Shown here piece after piece: positions 28,029 to 37,306 of a stretch of 61,937 nucleotides of DNA (position 1 is the first letter of the stretch; each line of letters opens with the position of its first letter). The DNA lies in assembly GCA_017390525.1 (NCBI GenBank), contig JAFPBJ010000170.1, positions 1-61,937 of the forward strand, in the 5' to 3' direction. The position numbers and the translations under genes are program-made. Below the pieces are notes generated by a model. It worked only from the letters and a program-made list of their open reading frames with translations, searched no databases and had not been told where the DNA came from. This DNA is from Lachnospiraceae bacterium. Its GTDB lineage: Bacteria; Bacillota; Clostridia; Lachnospirales; Lachnospiraceae.

Positions 28029-29626
28029 TTGAACTCAACCAAATAAAATTGCCCATTCACCATAATGAACAGGATTTGTGTGTTGCTATTAAAAAGGCGC
28101 TTCACCTAAAAGAGGAACCCTTTACATATGAAATTAAGAAAAAGTCTATCGATGCCAGAAAAAAAGAGGATATTAGATATATTTATTCCATATTAGTTTC
28201 CATAAATAAAGAGGAAGCTATTTTAAAAAGGTGTAAGAAAATAAAACCAGGTACCATACGAATCGTAAAAAAAGAAACCTATCATTTTCCAATGGGAGGA
28301 ACAAAGGCTTTAGAAACACCGCCTGTTATTGTAGGTACAGGACCAGCAGGATTATTTTGTGGGGTAATGCTTGCAAGAGCAGGCTTTCGACCTATTTTAT
28401 TAGAACGAGGAGAATGTGTAGAAAATCGTCAAAAAACAGTGGAACATTTTTGGAGTACGAGAAAGCTTAATCCAAATTCTAATGTTCAATTTGGGGAAGG
28501 CGGTGCAGGCACCTTTTCTGATGGAAAGCTAAATACCTTGGTAAAGGACAAGTACTGTCGCAATCGAAAGGTGCTTGAGCTTTTTGTGGAATTTGGCGCA
28601 CCTTCTGAGATTTTATATTTAAATAAACCTCATATTGGAACAGATTTATTGGTAGCTATTGTAAAAAATATGAGAGAAGAAATTATTAGCTTAGGTGGAC
28701 AGGTTTTATTTGAAACTCAGCTGACAGACATTCGTTATGAAAATAATTCCTTATGTGAAATTCAATTAAATCACAATCGATGGATGAAATGTAAACAGCT
28801 TATTTTGGCTATTGGACATAGTGCAAGAGATACTTTTTCTATGCTGCAAAAAAGACAGCTTCAAATGGAGCAAAAGCCCTTTGCCATTGGTCTTCGAATT
28901 GAGCATAAGGCAGCTATGATTAATGAAGCTCAGTATGGAGAGGCTGCAAAACAGTTAAAGGCTGCGGATTATAAGCTGACACATAAAGCAGAAAACGGAA
29001 GAAATGTTTATTCCTTTTGTATGTGTCCTGGAGGATATGTGGTAAATTCCTCTTCGGAAGAAGGGCATATTGTGGTAAATGGAATGAGTAATTATAAAAG
29101 GGATTATGAAAATTCTAATAGCGCAATTATTGTAAATGTAACGCCGGAGGATTTTTTCTCAAAGGATCCCTTAGCGGGGGTAGAATTTCAAAGACATTGG
29201 GAGGCACTTGCCTATCAGAAAGGCGATGGAAAAGGTGCAGTGCCCATTCAATTATTTGAAGACTTTAAAAATAATCAGGTGACAAAAAAATTGGGAGATA
29301 TTTACCCTTCTCTTAAGGGACAATTTGCATTTTCTAATCTAAAGGAATGTTTGCCAAGTTATGTGGCAGATGCTATAATAGATGGTGTTTTACACTTCGA
29401 ACAGAATATAAAAGGGTTTTCAAGAAATGATGCAGTGTTAAGTGGGGTGGAGACTAGAACCTCATCTCCTGTTAGGATTGTTCGTAGTGAAGCGTTAGAA
29501 AGTAATATAAAGGGGATTTTTCCGTGTGGGGAAGGAGCAGGATATGCTGGTGGAATTACTTCTGCTGCCATGGACGGACTAAAAATAGCGGAAAAAATAG
29601 CAAGTGAATACGCCCCTTTTTCCTAA
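28025..29626 (+). CDS. COG2509-type uncharacterised FAD-dependent protein
   Basis: PVIVGTGPAGLFCGVMLARAGFRPILLERG, FGEGGAGTFSDGKL and CGEGAGYAGGITSAAMDG. ATG 28025 overlaps the upstream stop (ATGA). The ORF-track start at 27959 is an out-of-frame overlap extension. Confidence 0.75.
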   Translation: MIELNQIKLPIHHNEQDLCVAIKKALHLKEEPFTYEIKKKSIDARKKEDIRYIYSILVSINKEEAILKRCKKIKPGTIRIVKKETYHFPMGGTKALETPPVIVGTGPAGLFCGVMLARAGFRPILLERGECVENRQKTVEHFWSTRKLNPNSNVQFGEGGAGTFSDGKLNTLVKDKYCRNRKVLELFVEFGAPSEILYLNKPHIGTDLLVAIVKNMREEIISLGGQVLFETQLTDIRYENNSLCEIQLNHNRWMKCKQLILAIGHSARDTFSMLQKRQLQMEQKPFAIGLRIEHKAAMINEAQYGEAAKQLKAADYKLTHKAENGRNVYSFCMCPGGYVVNSSSEEGHIVVNGMSNYKRDYENSNSAIIVNVTPEDFFSKDPLAGVEFQRHWEALAYQKGDGKGAVPIQLFEDFKNNQVTKKLGDIYPSLKGQFAFSNLKECLPSYVADAIIDGVLHFEQNIKGFSRNDAVLSGVETRTSSPVRIVRSEALESNIKGIFPCGEGAGYAGGITSAAMDGLKIAEKIASEYAPFS

Positions 29627-29652
29627 AGTACACAAGATGAAAGGCAAAATAT

Positions 29653-30510
29653 ATGAAAGAATATAGAGAATTACTAAAAGATAAAAAAAGAATTGTAATA
29701 AAAATTGGTTCCTCGTCTATTATTCATGCCAATACAGGTCGAACCAATTTGGCAAAATTAGAGCAATTAGCTAGAATTATTAGTGATATTAAAAATCAAG
29801 GAAAAGAAGTTGTTTTGGTTTCTTCTGGTGCCATTGGAGTGGGGGTAACCTCTCTAGGCTTATCAAAAAGACCAAGTAATATTGCACAAACTCAAGCCTG
29901 TGCAGCCATCGGTCAAGGTAAGCTTATGATGATTTATCAAAAGCTATTTGCAGAATATGGTCATACTGCTGCCCAGGTTTTATTAACGAAGGATATAATG
30001 CTGGATGATGAAAGACGTACCAATGCAAAAAATACCTTTAATGAGCTATTAAGATATGACGTAATTCCAGTAGTAAATGAAAATGATACAGTTTCTACAG
30101 AAGAGATCGAATTTGGAGATAATGATACGCTATCCGCAATTGTAACTGCTTTAATTGGTGGAGATTTACTTATTTTGTTATCTGACATTGATGGGCTTTA
30201 TACGGATGATCCTAATGTAAATAAGGATGCTAAGTTTATTGATGTAGTAGCAGAAATTGATGATAATCTTAGAAAAATGGGAAAAGGAAGCGTATCCAAC
30301 GTAGGAACAGGTGGTATGGCAACTAAAATTGCAGCTGCTGCCATTGCAACAGATGCAGGCGCAGATATGATTATTGCCAATGGAGATCACTTAAGTGTAC
30401 TAAATAAGATTTTATCAGGTGTATCCGTAGGAACACTATTTTTAGCCCATAAGAATCAGAACTTTAAGTTAGCAGATTATTTAGAAAACAAGTCGTTGAT
30501 AGAAGAATAA
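29653..30510 (+). CDS. proB: Glutamate 5-kinase (short form, no PUA domain)
   Basis: Amino-acid-kinase motifs IKIGSSS, LVSSGAIGVG, NENDTV and GTGGMATKIAAA. Confidence 0.85.
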   Translation: MKEYRELLKDKKRIVIKIGSSSIIHANTGRTNLAKLEQLARIISDIKNQGKEVVLVSSGAIGVGVTSLGLSKRPSNIAQTQACAAIGQGKLMMIYQKLFAEYGHTAAQVLLTKDIMLDDERRTNAKNTFNELLRYDVIPVVNENDTVSTEEIEFGDNDTLSAIVTALIGGDLLILLSDIDGLYTDDPNVNKDAKFIDVVAEIDDNLRKMGKGSVSNVGTGGMATKIAAAAIATDAGADMIIANGDHLSVLNKILSGVSVGTLFLAHKNQNFKLADYLENKSLIEE

Positions 30511-30531
30511 AAGGAAAAGATAGGTGAAGGA

Positions 30532-30741
30532 ATGAAAGAACAAGATATTGAAAGAATTAATGAATTATATAGAAAATCTAAGAATGAGGGACTAACACCA
30601 GAAGAAAAACAAGAGCAAGCAAGGCTTAGACAGGAATATATTGCGGCTATTAGAGGCAATTTAAGAGGAACCTTAGAAAATGTTAGTATACAAAATCCAG
30701 ATGGTAGTATAACGGAGCTTAAGAAAAAACATGTTAAATAA
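30532..30741 (+). CDS. DUF896 (UPF0291, YnzC-like) small protein
   Basis: RINELYRKSKNEGLTPEEKQEQARLRQEYIAAIRGNLRGTL matches the family pattern. Confidence 0.7.
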   Translation: MKEQDIERINELYRKSKNEGLTPEEKQEQARLRQEYIAAIRGNLRGTLENVSIQNPDGSITELKKKHVK

Positions 30742-31291
30742 AGAGGCAAAACAAACCTTAAGAAAAGAGTGTTTAAAAAAAAGAAGTGCACTAGATGAAA
30801 CGACTCATAGCAAGTATGATGCAAGGTGTCATGAATTGTTATTTCAAACAGAGGAATATCAAAAGGCCACTAGTCTTTTATTATATATCAGTTATAATCA
30901 TGAAGTAGATACGTTTCAGATTATTAAGCAAGCAATGAAGGATGGAAAGAGAGTGGCAGCACCAAAGGTAATTGGACAAAAGATGGAGTTTTATTACTTT
31001 AATGATATAAAAGAATTATCAAAAGGTGCTTATGGGATTCTTGAGCCACAGGAAAATGGGAGCTGTATAGAGGAGTATTCTCTTATGATTATGCCCTTAG
31101 TTGGGTTTGATGAAGCTTGTCATCGAATTGGATATGGTGGTGGCTTTTATGATCGATACCTACATACCCATACAGTATCGACTAAATTAGCCTTAGCCTA
31201 TGAATGTCAGAAGGTGTCAGGCAACTTTTTTGAGGAGCATGATATAGCACCAGATAAAATTATAACAGAAGAAAGAATTTACAAAAAATAG
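30731..31291 (+). CDS. 5-formyltetrahydrofolate cyclo-ligase
   Basis: KQTLRKECLKKR.., EVDT, GILEP, and the C-terminal PLVGFDEACHRIGYGGGFYDRYL signature. Confidence 0.8.
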   Translation: MLNKEAKQTLRKECLKKRSALDETTHSKYDARCHELLFQTEEYQKATSLLLYISYNHEVDTFQIIKQAMKDGKRVAAPKVIGQKMEFYYFNDIKELSKGAYGILEPQENGSCIEEYSLMIMPLVGFDEACHRIGYGGGFYDRYLHTHTVSTKLALAYECQKVSGNFFEEHDIAPDKIITEERIYKK

Positions 31292-31306
31292 AAAGGAAGA
31301 AAAAAG

Positions 31307-32554
31307 ATGAAGACCTTAGAAGAAATCGGACAAAGTGCAAAAAAAGCAGCAGTATACTTAAATAAAATGACTACAAACGAAAAAAATCGTGTTCTTTTAC
31401 TAGTAGCAGAGGAATTAGAGAAACAAGCCGCTACTATTTTAGAGGAAAATCAAAAGGATGTAGAAAAAGCCAAAGAGAATCAAATGTCTCTAGCACTTAT
31501 TGATCGTTTATCCTTAGATGAAGGAAAAATTAAGGGAATTTCAGAAGGGATTAGACAGGTAGTAGCCTTAGAGGACCCAATTGGAGAGGTATTATCTATA
31601 AAGGTACGTCCAAATGGACTTAGAATCGGTCAAAAAAGAGTTCCATTAGGTGTTATTGGAATTATATTTGAGTCTCGTCCAAATGTGACTGCAGATGCAT
31701 TTTCCCTTTGCTTTAAAACAGGAAACGCTGTCATTTTAAGAGGTGGAAGTGATGCCATTTATTCTAATCTTGCAATTACAAATGTAATTAGAGCTGCTCT
31801 AAAGAAAGAAAATGTGCCAGAAGGTGCGGTTACCTTACTAGAAGATACTAGTAGAGAAACTGCAACAAAATTAATGAAGTTAAACGAATATGTAGATGTA
31901 TTAATTCCAAGAGGTGGAAAAGGCTTAATTCAAAGTGTGGTAAATAATGCCACTGTACCAGTCATTGAAACAGGTACAGGAAACTGTCATGTATATGTAG
32001 ATTCCTATGCCGATTTAGCTATGGCAACAAAAGTAATTGTAAATGCAAAGACACAACGCTTAGGTACCTGTAATACTTGTGAATCTCTAGTGGTACATAA
32101 GCAGGTTGCAAAGGAATTTATTCCTATGATTACAGAAGCTCTCACTCAGAAAAATGTAGAAATTCGTGGAGATGAGTATGCTAGAAGTATAGACCAAAGA
32201 ATTGTTCCTGCCACAGAAGAAGATTATAAAACAGAATATTTAGATGCAATTATTTCCCTTAAAACAGTTGATTCTATTGAGGAAGCCATTGCACATATTA
32301 ACGAGAATAACACAAAGCATTCAGAAGCAATTATTACTTCTAATTACGAAAATTCAGAGAAATTCTTAAATGAAATCGATGCAGCAGCAGTATATGTAAA
32401 TGCATCTACTCGTTTTACAGATGGATTTGAATTTGGTTTTGGAGCAGAAATTGGAATTAGTACCCAAAAGCTTCACGCGAGAGGACCAATGGGACTTCTT
32501 GCTCTTACTACAACAAAATATATTATTTATGGTGACGGACAAATTAGAAACTAA
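31307..32554 (+). CDS. proA: Glutamate-5-semialdehyde dehydrogenase
   Basis: [33 protein letters not shown] and [12 protein letters not shown] motifs. Confidence 0.9.
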   Translation: MKTLEEIGQSAKKAAVYLNKMTTNEKNRVLLLVAEELEKQAATILEENQKDVEKAKENQMSLALIDRLSLDEGKIKGISEGIRQVVALEDPIGEVLSIKVRPNGLRIGQKRVPLGVIGIIFESRPNVTADAFSLCFKTGNAVILRGGSDAIYSNLAITNVIRAALKKENVPEGAVTLLEDTSRETATKLMKLNEYVDVLIPRGGKGLIQSVVNNATVPVIETGTGNCHVYVDSYADLAMATKVIVNAKTQRLGTCNTCESLVVHKQVAKEFIPMITEALTQKNVEIRGDEYARSIDQRIVPATEEDYKTEYLDAIISLKTVDSIEEAIAHINENNTKHSEAIITSNYENSEKFLNEIDAAAVYVNASTRFTDGFEFGFGAEIGISTQKLHARGPMGLLALTTTKYIIYGDGQIRN

Positions 32555-32565
32555 TGTATAGATTT

Positions 32566-32619
32566 TCCTCTTTTTCCAATAATAAAACATATCATTATTT
32601 GGGAAAAGAGGACTTTTTT
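32566..32619 (+). terminator. Rho-independent terminator after proA
   Basis: About a 14-bp stem TCCTCTTTTTCCAA / TTGGGAAAAGAGGA (one G-U pair) with a loop of about 19 nt, followed by CTTTTTT. Confidence 0.75.
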
Positions 32620-33069
32620 ATGAAGGAAAATAAAAAAATCACAAAAGAAGAAAGACTACAGCTTGGGTTTGTAGCAATATTAGGCGGCTTTTTATACTTT
32701 TATTTAGAAAATTTTGTGCGAGGATTTTCACATTATTCTATGATACTTTGTGCAGGCATTTCCTTTTATTGTATTGGCTACCTTTCTAAAATGAAAAGAA
32801 AGCAATATTCTATTTTTCGTTTAATGGCACTAGGAGCATTGATTATTACAACTTTTGAATTTCTAACAGGCATCCTTGTAAATATTGTACTAGACCTTAA
32901 GGTATGGAATTATGAAAATCAACCCTTTCATATTTTAGGACAAATTTGCCTACCTTATAGCTTGTTATGGTTTTTCTTAGCACTAGTTCCTATTTTGCTA
33001 CAGGATTATTTAGGGTATCTATTATTTCATCAGGAAAAACCTTCTTATCGCATCAATATTTTCCATTAA
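32620..33069 (+). CDS. Small polytopic membrane protein (PF06541 'putative ABC-transporter type IV' like)
   Basis: Four hydrophobic helices and a KVWNYENQPFHILGQICLPYSLLWF motif. ATG 32620 lies just after the proA terminator, so the 32554 start is rejected. Confidence 0.55.
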   Translation: MKENKKITKEERLQLGFVAILGGFLYFYLENFVRGFSHYSMILCAGISFYCIGYLSKMKRKQYSIFRLMALGALIITTFEFLTGILVNIVLDLKVWNYENQPFHILGQICLPYSLLWFFLALVPILLQDYLGYLLFHQEKPSYRINIFH

Positions 33070-33213
33070 TTAATGCCTTATATCATCTTAGTAAAATATT
33101 TTGATTTTTGGTTTTCTTTCTTTCAGAAATACTGTATAATGTTTTTTGGCAACGCCAAAGTAGAAGTGGGTACGATAACACTTTTACCCAAAGGAAACGG
33201 AGGAACAGTAAAA

Positions 33214-34626
33214 ATGGAACAGTTAATCACGAATGAAACAAAACAACAATATGTTTATATGGATAAATGTAGAGAAATTATAAAGAAAAAGGCTGAATTA
33301 AGAAAGAAACCATTTACAGCAAATATTAAAACCTTTGGCTGTCAAATGAATGCAAGAGATTCCGAAAAATTAGAAGGAATTTTAGAAAATATTGGGTATG
33401 AAATTGTGGATTCCGAAGATGCAGACTTTGTTTTATATAATACCTGTACAGTACGGGAAAATGCCAATTTAAAGGTATACGGCCGTTTAGGTCATTTAAA
33501 AAAAGAAAAAGAGAAAAATCCTGATATGATGATTGCTCTTTGTGGATGTATGATGCAGGAAGAAACAGTAGTAGAAAAAATTAAAGAAAGCTATCGCTTT
33601 GTGGATATTATTTTTGGAACTCACAATATTTATAAATTGGCACAATTACTTTATGAGCGTTTTCAAACAGAAGAAATGGTCATTGATTTACTAAAAGATA
33701 CAGATAAAATTGTAGAGGATTTACCTAGCGACAGAAAATATTCCTTTAAAGCAGGGGTCAATATTATGTATGGCTGCAATAATTTCTGCAGCTACTGTAT
33801 TGTACCTTATGTAAGAGGACGAGAACGTAGTAGAAAACCAGAGGATATTATAAACGAAATCAAAGCATTAGTAGAAGATGGAGTAGTAGAGGTTATGCTA
33901 CTAGGTCAAAATGTAAATTCCTATGGAAAAAATTTAAGTACACCTATGACCTTTGCTCAGCTTTTAAAAGAGATTACAGAAATTGAAGGGCTAGAAAGAA
34001 TTCGTTTTATGACCTCTCATCCTAAGGATTTATCAGATGAATTAATAGAAGTGATGAAGTCTTCACCAAAAATTTGCAATCACCTACATTTACCAATGCA
34101 ATCAGGTAGTAGTCGCGTTTTAAAGGAAATGAATCGTCATTATACCAAAGAAGGATATCTAGCTTTGGTAGATAAGCTAAAGCAATCAATTCCTAATTTA
34201 GCCCTAACTACAGATATTATTGTAGGATTTCCAGGGGAAACAGAGGAAGACTTTTTAGATACCCTTGATGTAGTGAAGCAAGTAGAATTTGATAATGCAT
34301 ATACCTTTATTTACTCAAAAAGAACAGGAACACCTGCTGCCACTATGGAAAATCAAGTGCCAGAGGACGTAGTAAAGGAGCGTTTTAATCGATTATTAGC
34401 TGAGGTACAAAAAATCGCAGCAAAGAAAACAGGAAGCTTAACAGGAAAAGTAGAAACCGTTTTGGTAGAAGAGAAGAATTCCCACGAAGAAGGCTTTGTA
34501 ACAGGAAGATTATCCAATAATTCCTTAGTTCACTTTAAGGGAGACAGCTCTTTAATTGGAACCATCCAAACGGTAGCACTAGATGAAGCAAAAGGATTTT
34601 ATTATATTGGTCATATGGTGGACTAA
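33214..34626 (+). CDS. miaB: tRNA-2-methylthio-N6-dimethylallyladenosine synthase
   Basis: MTTase N-domain (TFGCQMN, NTCTVRE, CGCM), radical-SAM CNNFCSYC, and a C-terminal TRAM domain. GGAGGA precedes ATG 33214. Confidence 0.9.
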   Translation: MEQLITNETKQQYVYMDKCREIIKKKAELRKKPFTANIKTFGCQMNARDSEKLEGILENIGYEIVDSEDADFVLYNTCTVRENANLKVYGRLGHLKKEKEKNPDMMIALCGCMMQEETVVEKIKESYRFVDIIFGTHNIYKLAQLLYERFQTEEMVIDLLKDTDKIVEDLPSDRKYSFKAGVNIMYGCNNFCSYCIVPYVRGRERSRKPEDIINEIKALVEDGVVEVMLLGQNVNSYGKNLSTPMTFAQLLKEITEIEGLERIRFMTSHPKDLSDELIEVMKSSPKICNHLHLPMQSGSSRVLKEMNRHYTKEGYLALVDKLKQSIPNLALTTDIIVGFPGETEEDFLDTLDVVKQVEFDNAYTFIYSKRTGTPAATMENQVPEDVVKERFNRLLAEVQKIAAKKTGSLTGKVETVLVEEKNSHEEGFVTGRLSNNSLVHFKGDSSLIGTIQTVALDEAKGFYYIGHMVD

Positions 34627-34653
34627 TTAAGTAGAGCAAGAATGGAGTGTAAA

Positions 34654-37290
34654 ATGGAGATACAAAAGAATAAATTATCTCCTATGATGAAACAATATGT
34701 AATTACAAAAGAAAGCTATCAGGATTGTATTTTGTTTTATCGTTTGGGAGATTTTTATGAAATGTTTTTTGAGGATGCCTTAATTGCATCCAAGGAATTA
34801 GAAATTACCTTAACAGGAAAAGATTGTGGTTTAGAGGAAAGGGCTCCAATGTGTGGAGTTCCTTTTCATGCCTGTGACCTTTATTTAAATAAACTAATTG
34901 AAAAGGGCTATAAGGTGGCAATTTGTGAACAGGTGGAGGACCCCAAAACTGCCAAGGGAATTGTAAAACGTGAAGTAGTACGAGTTGCTACCCCAGGGAC
35001 TAATTTAGCAACTCAAACCCTAGATGAAACAAAAAATAATTATTTAATGGCTATTGTTAGTGAGAAAAATCAATTTGGAATCTCTCTTGTAGATATTACC
35101 ACTGGAGATTTTTATACCACAGAGCTTACTAGTTTAAGCAAGCTATATGACGAAGTGAATAAATTTTCTCCTGCAGAGATTATTTGTGACGAGAATACAT
35201 TAGAGGCTGCCCATTCTTTTTCTATTATCAAAGAAAAATTAAATATTTCTGTCACAGCGCTAGAGGATTGGTATTTTGACCAGACAACCTGCGAAGTAAA
35301 GGTAAAAGAGCACTTTAAGGTAGGTAGTTTAAATGGTCTTGGACTATTAGATTATAAATTAGGTACGTTTGCAACAGGAGTATTATTGCAATACCTTTAT
35401 GAAACACAAAAAAATTCTTTATCTCATTTAAATCGTATTACTCCATATGTAGCAGACAATTATCTTTTAATTGATAGTGCCACTAGAAGAAATTTAGAAA
35501 TTATAGAAACTTTAAGAGAAAAGCAAAAAAGAGGCTCTCTACTTTGGGTACTAGATAAAACCAAAACTGCTATGGGAGCAAGACTCATGCGTAGCTATCT
35601 TGAGCAACCTTTAATTCAGAAAAAAGAGATTGAGGCTCGCTATGATGCCATAGAGGAATTAAATCAAAACCTTATGGTACGAGAAGAAATTAGAGATTTA
35701 TTAAAAAATATTTATGATTTAGAGCGATTAATGACAAAGGTAAGCTATAGAAGTGCCAATCCAAGAGATTTAATTGCCTTTAAAACCTCTATTGCTTCTT
35801 TACCAGAATTATCTACTCAATTAAATCAATTACAATCCTCTTTATTTTTACAATTTAGAGAGGAATTTGATGAATTAAGAGATTTATTTGAATTAATTGA
35901 TGCTTCTATTGTAGAGGAGCCACCTCTTACAATGAAGGAAGGCGGCATTATAAAGGAAGGCTATAAAGCAGATTTAGACGACCTTAAGGAAGCAAAAATC
36001 AAAGGCAAAACCTGGCTATCTGATTTAGAGGAGCAGGAGAGGGAAAAAACAGGAATTAAAACCTTAAAAATTAAGTTTAATAAGGTGTTTGGATATTATT
36101 TTGAAGTAACCAATTCCTTTAAAAGCCTAGTACCAGATTATTTTATTAGAAAGCAAACGCTAGCCAATGCTGAGCGATATACAACTGATGAATTAACGAA
36201 AATTGCCAATGCAGTTTTAGGCTCAGAGGAAAAATTATATGCCCTAGAATATGAGGTATTTGTTGCAATTAGAGAAGAGCTGGCTGCTCAAATTGCTAGA
36301 GTACAAAAAACAGCTCATGTGATTGCCAAATTAGATGTATTTACCTCTCTTTCCTATGTAGCAGAGCAAAACCAATATGTAAGACCAACAATTAACGAGG
36401 AAGGCACCATACATATTAAGGAAGGTCGTCATCCTGTAGTAGAGAAAATGATTTCTAATAGTCAGTTTATTACCAATGATACCTATCTTGATAATAATGA
36501 AAATAGGATTTCAATTATTACGGGACCAAATATGGCAGGAAAATCTACCTATATGAGACAAAGTGCTTTAATTGTGTTAATGGCACAGGTAGGCTCTTTT
36601 GTTCCAGCAAGGGAAGCAAACATTGGTATTTGCGATAGAATTTTTACCAGAGTAGGCGCCTCAGACGATTTAGCTTCAGGCCAAAGTACCTTTATGGTGG
36701 AAATGAGTGAGGTAGCGAATATTTTAAGAAATGCCACTAAAAATAGTTTATTAATTCTTGATGAAATTGGAAGGGGAACTAGTACCTTTGATGGACTTAG
36801 TATCGCCTGGGCTGTGGTAGAATATATTAGTAATGACAAGCTGTTAGGAGCGAAAACATTATTTGCCACGCACTATCATGAATTAACCGAATTAGAAGGA
36901 AAGCTTTGCAATGTAAATAATTACTGTATTGCAGTAAAGGAACAAGGGGATGACATTGTATTTCTTCGAAAAATCGTAAAGGGTGGTGCGGATAAAAGCT
37001 ACGGAATACAAGTAGCGAAGCTAGCTGGCGTTCCAGATATTGTGATTGAGAGAGCAAAGGAAATTGCCCTACATTTAACAGAAAATGATATTGTAAAGAA
37101 GACAGATGACTTATCAGAATTTACCCTTCCAAAGCAAACCGTAAAAGTATGTGAGCCTGTACAGCTTAGCTTATTTAATGAAAAAGAAACAGAGGTAATT
37201 GATAAGCTTTCCTCTGCTGATTTATCCAATATGACACCACTTCAAGCAATGATGCTATTAAATGAATTACAGGTTTTAATTCGTAAGTAA
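34654..37290 (+). CDS. mutS: DNA mismatch repair protein MutS
   Basis: LSPMMKQY..GDFYEMF mismatch-binding motif, Walker A GPNMAGKST, DEIGRGTSTFDG and THYHEL. Confidence 0.95.
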   Translation: MEIQKNKLSPMMKQYVITKESYQDCILFYRLGDFYEMFFEDALIASKELEITLTGKDCGLEERAPMCGVPFHACDLYLNKLIEKGYKVAICEQVEDPKTAKGIVKREVVRVATPGTNLATQTLDETKNNYLMAIVSEKNQFGISLVDITTGDFYTTELTSLSKLYDEVNKFSPAEIICDENTLEAAHSFSIIKEKLNISVTALEDWYFDQTTCEVKVKEHFKVGSLNGLGLLDYKLGTFATGVLLQYLYETQKNSLSHLNRITPYVADNYLLIDSATRRNLEIIETLREKQKRGSLLWVLDKTKTAMGARLMRSYLEQPLIQKKEIEARYDAIEELNQNLMVREEIRDLLKNIYDLERLMTKVSYRSANPRDLIAFKTSIASLPELSTQLNQLQSSLFLQFREEFDELRDLFELIDASIVEEPPLTMKEGGIIKEGYKADLDDLKEAKIKGKTWLSDLEEQEREKTGIKTLKIKFNKVFGYYFEVTNSFKSLVPDYFIRKQTLANAERYTTDELTKIANAVLGSEEKLYALEYEVFVAIREELAAQIARVQKTAHVIAKLDVFTSLSYVAEQNQYVRPTINEEGTIHIKEGRHPVVEKMISNSQFITNDTYLDNNENRISIITGPNMAGKSTYMRQSALIVLMAQVGSFVPAREANIGICDRIFTRVGASDDLASGQSTFMVEMSEVANILRNATKNSLLILDEIGRGTSTFDGLSIAWAVVEYISNDKLLGAKTLFATHYHELTELEGKLCNVNNYCIAVKEQGDDIVFLRKIVKGGADKSYGIQVAKLAGVPDIVIERAKEIALHLTENDIVKKTDDLSEFTLPKQTVKVCEPVQLSLFNEKETEVIDKLSSADLSNMTPLQAMMLLNELQVLIRK

Positions 37291-37306
37291 AGGAGATTAG
37301 AATCAT

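Noticed and set aside
30477-30824. A 115-aa antisense ORF. Similar antisense or out-of-frame ORFs occur at 734-1030, 1240-1497, 7371-7655, 10326-10711, 14295-14573, 20018-20701, 23025-23270, 36549-37229, 41946-42191, 42694-42942 and 61322-61624.
   Set aside because: All lie inside or opposite well-supported conserved genes. They have no RBS, and their translations are low-complexity and rich in Phe, Leu, Ile and Ser. These are shadow ORFs of the kind expected in AT-rich DNA.
33073-33213. N-terminal extensions of ORF-track models: miaB from 33073, hisB from 12443, the FAD protein from 27959, the membrane protein from 32554, and the cmk-like gene from 59060
   Set aside because: The extensions have no RBS. 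They run through a terminator, palindrome or promoter, or overlap the upstream gene. They add residues absent from the conserved family N-termini. Internal starts with GGAGG-type RBS were chosen instead.
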